Made by a program: the position numbers and the translations under genes | NCBI RefSeq assembly: GCF_006345805.1 | Contig: NW_021828052.1 | Span: 1-35,822, forward strand | DNA: 35,822 bases | Source of the DNA: Octopus sinensis | Lineage: Eukaryota | Direction: 5' to 3' | Shown here: positions 11,939 to 22,850 of the stretch, in pieces | How the letters are laid out: each line of letters starts with the position of its first letter | How positions within the stretch are numbered: the first letter of the stretch is position 1 | The notes under the pieces: generated by a model | Database searches by the model: none | What the model was told of the DNA's origin: nothing | Seen by the model: only the letters and a program-made list of their open reading frames with translations

Positions 11939-12356
11939 ACACGTTGGAAACTGATCCTTGTGAGCAATTTGTGATTTCCGCGATTTTGTTTTGACTAAGT
12001 CCAAAGGTATGGAGATTTAAAATAATTTTTTTGGTATCAAATGACAAGTCGCTTTTTCCTTCCATGTCAATTAAATAATAACGTGTTAAATTTAAAATAA
12101 ATTTGTTTTTGTATGAAAAATATAAAAATTATTATAATGTTATGGTACATGACAAAAATTATTATAATGTTATGGTACATGACAATTTGTATCACCCCAA
12201 CCAGTGATCTCGTAAAATCAAATAATTTTTTAAATAGTTAAAGAAAGTAAATTTGAATTTGGATGTAAAAAATTAAGTCATAAAAATGGATATTTGTGAA
12301 AATAGAGTTATATTTTAACTAAATTTACGAGTATTATAATGTTTTGGTACAGACTG
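11939..12356 (-). mobile_element. Tc1 family element, left arm and first ~40 codons
   Basis: Reverse complement nearly identical to the start of ORF 22128-22682 and supplies its missing N-terminus (MEGKSDLSFDT, ATG at 12065). Terminus GGTACAGACTG|TA at 12356; 30-bp tandem inner repeats at 12126-12185. Confidence 0.85.
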
Positions 12357-13084
12357 TACGTGATCAATGTCTTTTTGTAGGCGTCTATTTTGACCGAGGA
12401 CCGTGTTTGGAGAATGCTCCACTTTGATTCTTATGCAACAAAAATGAGAAAAGCTAAATTGGCAGATCTGAACATGTACAGATGCTGCGTTCCTGAGAGT
12501 GATTTGTTCTGTGGTTGAGTTTTGAGGAATTCATCGTGGACAAGTCACTCCCCTATGTAAACCTTGATATTGCTTCTGTTTCATCGTCAGTTATAATGGA
12601 GGACGACGTACCATGACATTGATTGAATTTATTAGCAATTTGTGACTTTTTGTGATTATAACAACTTGTTTTGATTACTCTTTATCTTGTTGCTTGAGTA
12701 AAATACACTTGGGAGTCCAGATTATGTTTTCCAATAATTTATTCTATATATATTTGTGACCAAAAGAATGCTATTTGACCTGTACTTATAATTACTTATG
12801 TTTCTAATTGCAACTATTTCCTGAAGTGCAATTTCAGTGTCCCTAAGGAGGTTGAGTGCTTATTTATAATCTCGAAAAGGCAAATTAAACCCACCAAGAT
12901 TTTTATTACCAAAATTGTAGAAAATGAGAAAAATAGTAATTTTTCGGGGAGAGGACAGTAGAGGACTACTTATATTTTGGTGAATTGACTGTTCTCGGGA
13001 ATGGTGGGTTTCAAGTTTCCTTATTAACTCTGCTAAAGGATGCCAATTTTGATTTACGTTCTCTCTATGTGTACAATATGAGCA

Positions 13085-13460
13085 TCAAGTCGTTGTGACA
13101 CACCTCCTACATTGCTCCACAGGCAAGGCAAGGTGTCCCGCTGGTTTAGTGAAGCGGCCAATCCAAATTCTCCTACGTCTTGTGATTTCTCTGGTGAGGT
13201 CCATTTGCTCTCTTTTTGCATCCTGCGAAATCATCATTTTCAACAAAATTAAGTGCAATGACTGGATATTTGTCATGTGCCGCATAAATCAGCCTCGAGT
13301 AGCCCGATTTAACCTCCCCCAAACTGCCAAATAACAATCTTATTTGCCCAGTTAATTTTTCGAGAAATGGCCTCTTTTGATTCTTCATCCAGCTTTTGAC
13401 CAATCTCTGACAGTCTGAAGGCCTGACCTCCAGGAGCAGCAGAGTTATGGCCATTCTTCA
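13085..13460 (-). other. GC-richer coding-like fragment of unknown origin
   Basis: Several overlapping short ORFs with higher GC than the flanks; no motif recognised. Abuts a truncated hAT. Confidence 0.25.
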
Positions 13461-13529
13461 CTACAGAAATGCAGGCAGTATATATGAATACCCGCAGGAC
13501 TGCCTGGATCCACGTGAGTGACTAATCGG

Positions 13530-14522
13530 TAAATTAGTGAATGGGGTAAAAATAATTTGAGCACAAATTTTGCTGATGAATAATACAATGAAAATGTGCA
13601 AATAATGAGCCAGGATTTAACTTTTCTATTTCAACTCGCAATTTAGCAGCAACTCCCGGCATATTACGAACACCATCAGTGCACAAACATACAAGCTTCC
13701 TTAAACGAAATTCACAGTCAAAGAGAATTTGTTGTAGTTTTACAAAGATATCTTTACTTTTAGTAGTATCGTGCATTGATGCCAGTTCGAAAATTAAAAT
13801 CTAGGTCAAAGGCCGAAAAAAGTACGATTCCAATAATGTCGACTGTTTCATCGATCGCAGTTGAAAAATATTCAAATTTCAAAAATTCGTATTTTAATCG
13901 CTCTTTCAAATGAAAAGACATTTCTTTGATATATTCGGCTACTATATTTCTCGTCAAAGAAATCTCTAAACAAATGCGATTATCAGGACAAATAAATTTG
14001 GCTGTTTTCACAGGACATTGTTTAAAGAAATCGCCATCAGAATATGATTTCCCATTCATTGCAAGCATTCTGGTGATTTCATAACTTGCAGTAACTGATG
14101 CAGTACTTCGATTGTGATTTTTTTAAAATGAGCCTGTGACAAAGTCAGATTGTTTCGTAATTCATTAAGCTTTGCAATTGTACTTTTGGTTAATAAACAA
14201 CTTAGTACCTTCAAAATAATCGTATGAGTTATATTAATGCCTTTTTAAGTTGTATTCTTTCGGTATAGTGATTAACTGGTTACATATCAAAAAATATATT
14301 TTTGCATCAATCGTTGCACAAAAATAGAGAAGTTCCCATTTTTTGAAACACCCTCTTTTCTCAAGCACCGTTTTTAGTTCCAGAAGAAACACGTGACATT
14401 GTCAAATAAAATTTACAACAAACTAATTAATACAAAAATAATTAAAATTAAAAATATTTTATATTTTAAAGCCTCGCGGGCCGCACCTATATATGCAGAA
14501 GTCCACATGTTTGACACCCCTG
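13530..14522 (-). mobile_element. hAT (GTF2IRD2-like) element, 3'-truncated; same family as 6188-7928
   Basis: TIR GTTTGACACCCCTG ends at 14522. ORFs with AIDETVD (first catalytic D), LCTDG and HCIIHQQNL. Peptide nearly identical to ORF 7458-7679. Confidence 0.85.
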
Positions 14523-14620
14523 TTTTATAGACTTCTCAAATTTTCTTATTGTTAAAACGATTTTTTTATTAATAAACTTGTATTTATTTTAAGGTTAAAT
14601 AAATTAAAGAATCTATTTAA

Positions 14621-15140
14621 ATGAGTACTGCTTTGTCGCATTTTACAAACCAAACAGATTCTACAAAGAAAATGTGATTAATTATAAAATTAAAGCAATA
14701 AGACTTAATCGAAGGAGTTGCTTTAATCAAAACTCCCTCAGTAATGACATTTAACAGTGTAATTTTGGAAGTGGAAGGTGTTTTTATATACGATTCGGAC
14801 AATTACAGAACTAATGGATTAATTGACGCCGAATCTGCAACTGTTATTCCAATAATATCAATAGACGCGCTCTTTTAAAAATATGTAATGTCATATCATC
14901 TGGAGCTCGTATACAACCAGGTGAATTCAAAATACCCTTCTCAGTTCAACTAAAGCCTTCTCCCAGCGAAATATTATACGACAGTTATTTAGGACTGCTC
15001 ATGTCTGTGCAGGTATCAATCCCGAATATATCAAATCACTAAAATTAAAAACTATTTGTCAGTATATACTAACAGTAATTGTCAAACGGTCTACTTTCAG
15101 CAAAAATTTAAGTGAGTCTGTAAATGTGTTTTGTATCCGG
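14621..15140 (+). pseudogene. VPS26C: VPS26C/DSCR3-like arrestin-fold protein, N-terminal fragment
   Basis: Across frames: MSTA..KPNRFYKEN, LIEGVALIK, VILEVEG, IQPGEFKIPFSVQL..ILYDSYLG (cf. TEIPFEFPL..LYETYHG) and QYILTVIVKRSTFSKNL (cf. QYTLRCDMKRSLLAKDL). Short introns and frameshifts; no ORF in the track. Confidence 0.62.
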
Positions 15141-15369
15141 TCAAATGGCACTGTGACTGGTCTTATTTTATTTGTCAACGGCTTAGTTTCCTAAGATTAA
15201 TTTCTAAATTTTTAAAGAAAAATGCTAAAATTTACAAAGAATTATAATGTTACTTTGAAAAAAGGTTTGTAACAAATTATTTTAGTTAAATTTTAATTAA
15301 ATGTTTAAATTATTTCAAATTGAATTAAATAATTCTCATTTGTACTCAGGTTTTGTTACTTGGTATACT

Positions 15370-15950
15370 TTTCTGGGGTCCGCGGAGCCAGTTTTGGGGT
15401 TCCGCGGAATTTATTATATTTATTTAATAATAGTTTTTAATTATTAAAATATATTAAACATCCACGCTTATATCTTGTTTCTCTTTTGAGTTAGTTGGTC
15501 AATTTTATAAGATTTTTAATGAGAAACAATAATTTCATAAGAGATTCCAAAAAATATTCAAAAAGGTTTTTTTTATAATTATAATTTTAGAAAAGAAAAT
15601 ATGATGAAAGCTACCTCTCATATGTGTTTTCTCAGAATGGATCTGATTTACCACATACGGCAGAATGTGTAATATGCCATCATATAATGCCTAACACATC
15701 TCTTGTCATGCCAAACTATCAAGACATTTATTGCTGAAGCATCCTCATTTAAAGGATAAAGATATTTCCTTTTTCAAAACAAATTAAATCCATCTACAAG
15801 TTGCAAGTTGGAAATGTCAAATTTTGCGAAAGACGACAATCGTTGGAGAGTAATTGTACTGGGGAAAATATTTTCAACACTATTAAAAATTATTTTTTTG
15901 CAAAAAACATAAATTGAATAAATGTGTGGATGTTTGTAGCGATGGAGCTT
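15370..15950 (+). mobile_element. hAT (ZBED5/8 Buster-like) fragment
   Basis: GGGGTCCGCG subterminal motifs as in the 29974 element; BED finger CVICHHIMPN..RHLLLKHPHL; CSDGA near 15935. Confidence 0.6.
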
Positions 15951-17371
15951 CATAAAATTTTATATGAATGCAAAAGTGTTAAAAGATTAGTCGATGTTCT
16001 AAAAAATGGGCTATACTGGTTTTGCAAGTTCAAATTTAATTAAGTAATTCATTTGGGGAATTTTTCTGATTTCATCTTTTAGAAAGAATTTAAATTAAAA
16101 GTGCAGTTCGTTATACTCTGACCTGCAAAATGCACTTGATTTTGGCTCCAGATTAATTTATTTAACCCCATTACCCCCTAAAATTGGGAGGAATACGGCA
16201 CGAAAAAAGCCGACAGACCTCTTAGGATAACACCATAAGTTAAGAGGGAAGTTAATCTTATATGATCTTCCTATAGCAGTGAGGTTTTTGCATTTTAGGA
16301 CGACGTGCGTTGCTGTGTGTCGTCCGTCATGGCAGATTGGACAAGACGGATCGACATCCTTATCCAGTTTGATAGTCGAGAAGTAAAGGGTGATGCCCAC
16401 AGCGAAATCTTGTGAGTTCGACCCGATCTTTGCGGCAGAAATCCTTTTTAGCTGAGTTTATTTTTGAGGGCCGATTGTTGAAGATATTGTTTGCAGTTAG
16501 TGCGTTCAAGGAGAATTTAGTTTAGTTCTTTTATTTCCGATGGTTTTTGTTAGAGAATGAGCTTAGAATACGGCAGTAGTGGAGTGCTGGTGGTTTTTGA
16601 TGTTCCTGTCAGGGGTTGGTGTTCTCGTGAGATTGTGACTTTGGTGGTTTTTGATCATACTCGCAAAGAATTGAGTTCCACAGATGTCGTAATGGTCTGC
16701 AAGTTGATCATGTTGGTTTCCTGATGCATATGGTCGGTCGGAGTAGACTTCATACAACCCGTAATGATTTTGAATGTTTGGTTTTGGATTTATTGTAACT
16801 TCTGAAGGAGTGTTTTTGACAGTAGAGACGCACATGATGGACTTGCGTAGTCAATGTTGGAAGAATGTATTGTTTGTATATGAATATTAAGCATTCCTTG
16901 TTTTGTCCAAAGTCTGTTCCGGTGAGTGAGCGGAGGGCATTCATTTACATTTGTGAATAAGGTTTTCAATGTGTTGGCGAAATGATTAAGAGCTATCGTA
17001 CGTTATTCCGAGTATTTTGACTGTTTTTTGTGTGGGAATTTGAATATTGTTAATTCTGATTGTCGGAGTGAAATTGTGTTCTCGTGTATTACTTGATAGA
17101 CGAGTGGCTGATGATTTGGTTGGTGATAGGGATAGACTGTATAGAGCAATCCAGTTATACAGGATATCAATGAATGGCTGAACTTGGCGACATGCTGCCG
17201 TTGGATTTGTGTTGATGACGTGATCGTAATATCATCTGGGTATAGGAACTGAGATGCATTTTCGGGTGGTGTAGGAATGTCACTTAGGTAAATGTCGAAA
17301 AGTGTATGGGATAGGACTGAGTCTGAGGTACTCTATTGAGAATGATGCATGTATTTGAGCGTTTTTGTCTT

Positions 17372-17852
17372 ATTTATTTATTAACTCCAAGATCACCGAG
17401 AAAGATAGGTCAGAACTAACTAATTAGGTGATCCCTGCCTCCAACAACAGCCGTACTCTTCTTGCATGATCTTCTGATGACCCGACCGTAATCCGGAAAC
17501 GCCTTCTCTTCCTTCTGCAGAGGAACTCAATTGGAGTGCATTTCTTTATAACCGACCGAAATTCCTCTGCATGGGACACCTTTTCCTTGAGTGGTTTCCC
17601 AGTTCCTTGCAGAAACGTAGGAAACCCTGTCCATTCTTCTGCGTCGCCTCCTCGGAAGCAAGGCTGCCAACTGAGGTGTCATTGTGGAGCATAATCTTCC
17701 TTCTGAGTGAGTTCAAACGTTCCGCTTTCGAACAAGCAATTGCAAACCTCCAGGCTGAGCAGGCATACTCAACCGTCGGGGCAATCATTTGTTGGTAGAC
17801 CTTACTGACACAATCTTCAGAGGGAAGGGACTCTTCTTTAACAGAGCTTTCA
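17372..17852 (-). mobile_element. 5'-truncated LINE insertion with 14-bp TSD
   Basis: AGCGTTTTTGTCTT at 17358-17371 and 17853-17866, present once in the paralogous copy; (TAAA)n-like tail; thumb peptide KVYQQMIAPTVEYACSAW. Confidence 0.9.
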
Positions 17853-17949
17853 AGCGTTTTTGTCTTCCACCAAGGTAATTGGATATCCATCGTTTTGAGT
17901 TATAATCGATATTTTTTTTGCTAATAATGTGATTTATAAAAGTAAAAAG

Positions 17950-18465
17950 ATAGCTAAGCTAATTAATGGCCTCACGGACACCCGGCCAGCCTTGCGAATG
18001 GCGAAGCTGTTCCCTTGGATCACAGCAATAGACAGACTTTCCAGGAGCCAAGAATACTCTCTGGATCGTGCTTGTCCTTGAAATCCGTCGACCGAGCGAG
18101 CGAAGTGTCTTGAGGTCGAAGATACCGGAGGATTCCACGGCGATTGGAGTAAAGAACAGCGAGTTGGAGAGGTGGCCGTACTTGAGAATCTTTCGGTCCC
18201 CGGCCTGCCTCGAAGCGTGCCCAGGATTGGCGGCGAACAGAGCGAGATTTCCCAGCGAGAACGTGTCCGAACAGGTAGAATCCCAAATAAGGGATTTCCC
18301 CTGCTTCATATGGGAAGGGGACATGCCGTCTGGGCGTTTGCCATCCCCTCTATCAGTCCAACAGGTTCGAGGATTGACGGGACGCCAGCTGAAGCGAGGG
18401 GTCTCTGTATGATCGAGTTGAGTTCACTGTGACGGGGGGCACGACCGGCACTCCGACGGCAAGCG
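17950..18465 (-). mobile_element. CRE-type restriction-like endonuclease (RLE) 3' fragment inside the APE LINE
   Basis: ACRRSAGRAPRHSELNSIIQRPLASAGVPSILEP, GDGKRPDGMS, LIWDSTCSDT, KILKY and FTPIAVESSG form the CCHC plus PD-(D/E)xK RLE signature. Confidence 0.85.
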
Positions 18466-20409
18466 AGGGTAATAAGCTTATTGGATTAATGTATATTTGA
18501 CAGGCGTTTGTCCCTGGTAATTTCCGAGAAAATTTTTTCGGTTTGGTTTTTTTGGAGGCTCCATTTTGTTCTTTTGTAGTTTATGAACGTGTTATTATTC
18601 GGAATGTTGATTAGGGCATGAGTTTGTATTAGGATTGGTGTATGATCTGATGATAGTTGATTAATTGTGTTTCATGTGGTATTTTATGTTAGGTTTGGAG
18701 AGAAGGAGATTATTCATGTCGTTGAAAGTCTCAAAATGAGGATTGTATGAGCATAGAATAGTAGTTGAGGTTGGGGGATGTAGATGTTGATTATACTCAA
18801 ATCGGATTTAATCAGGCCCCCACCTGAGGAGGGTCTGTCAAGTCGTACAGTAATCTGGAATTTTTGGCGTTTTATGTTCTTGTAAAATTTGTACAACAAA
18901 TGAGTCACATTATCCCGAACAGTTTGAATGAGTCACTCCACTGGTTGTTTTCACTACTTGCACACACTCGGCATGAAGTCCCCCCTCACTCCCGCATATT
19001 CCTCAACAAGTGCATCCCCCACTCATCCTGACCTGGCATGTCTATGTCGTGTTTATAAGACAAGTCAGCATGTGGACTGTCCACGCTGTCCTCCCTCCTC
19101 ACTTTATTGTCATTCCAGTCACCCTTCCCCCTTATTTGTAGGAGGGGGAGTCCTATCGTCTCGACTTAGGCCATCCCCTTCCTTCCCTCCATTGCCGAGT
19201 CCATTCTCTTCATTGGGGTGTCCGCCTCAACACACCATTGACTCAATTCGAGGAGGAAATGAACGAGGAATTGACCAGTTTGGCCAATGGTGAGTACAAT
19301 GTGTCCGAATTGGAAGAGACATTGTGTAGAATGAGTGATCTGGTGTCCCAGGTGGTCGGGTCCTCTAATAATAGGTGCAATGGAAGGTGTTGACTGTGAC
19401 ATCATTGCAAGTCCTCAAAGACTTTTACCTGTTCGGACTTGGTGACGTGTGGATTCACTTCATCAACTCGGGGGAGTACATCCTCGACAACACTCCCAAA
19501 CAATCATTATTTGAATAAATTGTTTTGCTGATATTCCTTCGGAGTGATTGGACGATTCCGCATTGTCGGGAGGACTGTTCAGTCTGGAATACTCCCGGCC
19601 GGACGTATTGGGGAGTGTGCTGACCAATTGTGGTTGTGTTGCATTTGTTAGGCTGAAAGACATTTTCCAGTTTCTGCTGAGTTTTTGGCGAGCGCGGGGC
19701 AAACAGTGCGTGGCTGGGAATAAAGCGAATTTTAATTTTGTCTATGTTCTCTTTGTTTTAATATAGGTTTAAGTTTTTAACGTCCATCTTGATTGAATTC
19801 TTATGTTTCTAATTTCGTGAATATTATATCACTGATTTACAAATTAAGCTAATTAGATTATCTTAAGAAAAACTCTCTTATTCACTGCTGGTGATCTGTA
19901 GATCAAAGACCGCTAGGAAAGTAAACTGACAAGGGTCAGGCAAATTTTTGTGTCCGTGATAGACATCGAAAGAATAGTCACCAAATATCATACGGGCTAC
20001 ATAAGCCAGTCAATTGCTATAGCTTTTTAAATTGATTAAGCATATTTTGGACAAATAATCCCATTTGTATTGATTGGTTACGACATGTGAATAATGCCAC
20101 CAACGGGTCAGGAATCGCTGCAGTTGTTATTTGGGCGTGCTGTTCAACCCGTCCGGTAAGTTCGATGATCACATTGCACGTAGGGATGGCAAAACACTGG
20201 CACTTTTGAAACTTTTGATAGCACATTTTGAAATTTTGAATTTCTTTTTTAAAATATTAAATTAATAATTTAACACTTTGTTTTATTAAAATGGTATTGT
20301 AATAATTTTTAATAAGGTTAATCTTTCTACAGTTTAATATGCTACACGTTACATTATTAAATGTCAGTTCTTAAGCATACTGTTAGTAAAAATCAAACCA
20401 AGCTAAATC

Positions 20410-20515
20410 AAATGGCAGAACATTTCAAAATTCATGGATTAAAGAATATGGATTGCTGAACAGAGGTTAATATTTTATTTTTAAAAGACAAAGCTTTATG
20501 TGTGTTGTGTCCGGC
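20410..20515 (+). mobile_element. hAT N-terminal remnant
   Basis: TFQNSWIKEYGLL..KDKALCVLC; cut off by the adjacent LINE. Confidence 0.45.
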
Positions 20516-20519
20516 CAAA

Positions 20520-22119
20520 TTGCTTGCCGAATATCTTGCTTTTAGTCTTTGACCGTACTTTTCCTCTTGAAGACATAATCTTCGTTCGTTCTAAGTTTAT
20601 TGTAATTAACAGAGAAAGTGACAGGAATTAAGGACGGTGATAGGACGAGACTGATGCCAAGGCAACTGAACTCGATAAACAGGTCGGTCACTTGGGATAT
20701 TCTCCGAAAAGACCGGATAGATTTCTCAATGACCTGTCGTATCTCCGGGGATCTGATCTCCGCCCAGCTTGGGACGGGGCCTCGCGGGTCAAGCCTGTAA
20801 GCTAGCTTCAACCCGTAGCGTCGGATTTTCTCGCATTTCCCGTAAATTTTCTCGAGATCTTTCGAGTAGTACCATGCTTCCATTCCGTACAGCAAGCTGG
20901 GTAAGATAGTTGCATGGAACACGAAGAGGAATGTCTTCGGATCCAGATGCATGCTTTTAAGAGGCGGAGAGCCGCTATGCCTTTCGCTCTCTTTTTCTTG
21001 ACATGCAGACGGTAGCCCGAGTTTGCGTCGATTGTAAGCCCCAGGTAGCGTATACAGCTGGGGCGTACAATTTCGGCTAGGGACCCAGAGCTCTGATCTG
21101 ATGACTTTTTCGAGTTGATTTGTAGGAAAGCGGATTTATCCATTGCTAACGAGAGCTGCTTGCTGCCGCACCACTCCATTATTACCTCAATGTGAAAAGC
21201 CTCTTTTCTGAGGCCATCACATCCTTTGAGGCGTCAAGGATAAGGACGTCATCAGCATAGAGAAGTAGATTTGTCCGAGGGTTTTGGGGCAAAAAGAAAC
21301 TGCTCATAACCAAATTGAAAAAAGTGGACTGAGGCAGGACCCCTGCGGAACCCCTCTCCGGAGTGAAATATCTCTTGAGCGGAATCTCGAAATCGTGGAC
21401 TGTACCGTTATTAAACAGTCACTGCAGCTACGTCCAGAGCGAAAACCCCATTGCTGCGTTAGCAGCACTCTCTTCTCTTCGGAATGGAAGTCAAGGCGCT
21501 TGGCCATGATTTTTTCCATCAGCCTTGAGATAGTTGGGATTAGGCTTATGGGACGGTAGCTGCTAGCGAGGTTCACAGGCTTCGCAGGCTTTTTGATCAT
21601 CCGGACCTCTGAGATTTTCCATTTTCCTGGCACATGGCCCCATTTGAGACTTGCCGTAAACAGATCCGCAAGGAACACATGTAGGTCTTCGGAGGCTTCC
21701 TTAAACAGCCGCATTGGTATTTTGTCGAGGCCCGGTGCGTTGCCTTTTGACGAACGGATAGCCCAGGTCACCTTTGCAGTGGTGATCGGGTGATGTTCCG
21801 ACGACAGTGCGGGCGGCGGTGGCTCCGACTCCCTGCCTTGCGGCGTTATCGGATTGGCTTCCTGGATAATGGCCAGGTGTTCTGCGAAAATGTTCGGGAT
21901 TTCTTGTGGCAAGGCGGGCATACCAGATTGGTTGCACAGCCTCGGGGGTGAGGATTTTCTTTCGAGGTTAGCCACTTTGCGGAAACAGTCCCAGAAATTT
22001 GGGTTTCTGTAGTCTAAGTTTCGACAAGCTTTCTGCCATTTCCTGGCTGTTTCCAGCTTTGTCACGACTTGGACTTCATAGCCAATTTTCGAGATCATGT
22101 TTTTAAGTCTACCCCTGTC
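20520..22119 (-). mobile_element. non-LTR RT (Jockey-like), 5'-truncated with an internal deletion
   Basis: APGLDKI, SYRPISLIPTISRLMEK, QWGFR, GVPQGSCLSP, LLYADDV (~21247-21264), IRYLGLTID and ILPSLLYGMEAW. The subdomain-3 (LD..AFD) region is missing. Confidence 0.92.
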
Positions 22120-22850
22120 AAAGCGACTTGTCATTTGATACCGAAAAAATTATTTTAAATCTCCATACCTTTGGACTTAGTCAAAACAAAATCGCGGAAT
22201 TCACAAATTGCTCACAAGGATCAGTTTCCAACGTGTTGCGAAAGCAGAATAACGAGAAAAACAATCGTGTTGGAAAGGGAAGGCCAAAATTATCGTCTTC
22301 ACGAGAAGAAAGAGTTATTCAAAGAGTTTTGATGGAAAATAGATTCATCTCTATTAAAGAAATTTCCGAAAATTACATTTTTCAACAGGACAATGCTCCT
22401 GCACACACTGCAAAAGATACGATTGAGTGGATTCAAAACCAAAAAATTAATCTTATGAAATGGCCTCCTAATTCGCCTGATCTCAATCCAATCGAAAATC
22501 TTTGGGGAATAATGAAACGAAAAGTTATGGCTCGTGGAATAAAAACGATAGAGGATCTGAAAAATGAACTGAAAATCATATGGAATGAAATTAAAATTGA
22601 AGAAATAAAAGTTTTAATTGAATCAATGCCAAAAAGAGTAGATGCTGTACTAAAATCTCGAGGGAAAAACATCAAATACTAGAAAATATTATAATCTTTG
22701 TTACATGACAAAAATTATTATAATGTTTGGTACATGACAATATATTTTTAGCATGTAAATATATTTTAAGAATTAATTTATTTAAGAATAGTTAGATAAG
22801 TCAATTTAGAAATTACATGCTAAAATTAACACTTAAAAATTGATGTAGAG

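Larger units (their letters stand above)
15951..18786. repeat. duplicated segment, copy 1 (partner 33244-35822)
   Basis: Collinear, high similarity with many small indels; copy 1 has an extra 481 bp (17372-17852) and lacks ~33289-33513. Confidence 0.95.
16155..18910 (-). mobile_element. APE-RT non-LTR retrotransposon ORF2 (I/Jockey-group-like), deleted and interrupted
   Basis: APE motifs RLDRPSSGGG, LSIINIYIP and SSDHTPIL; RT motifs PISLL, WISNYLGGRQ, VPQ.SVLS.TLF and YPDDITI; C-terminal CCHC knuckle CPICHDGRHTATHVVLKC (ORF 16158-16400). Confidence 0.85.

Noticed and set aside
11210-12185. Short direct repeats as a CRISPR array
   Set aside because: The repeats are head-to-tail without unique spacers, no cas genes are present and the context is eukaryotic; explained as a minisatellite and Tc1 inner repeats.
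18900-19770. GC-richer ORFs as LINE ORF1 with a PHD finger (WECCRGC)
   Set aside because: Position upstream of the APE is suggestive, but no complete Cys/His pattern or consistent frame was found.
19870-20230. Possible upstream piece of the viral L gene
   Set aside because: No Mononegavirales RdRp motifs (GHP, GDN) in any frame examined.
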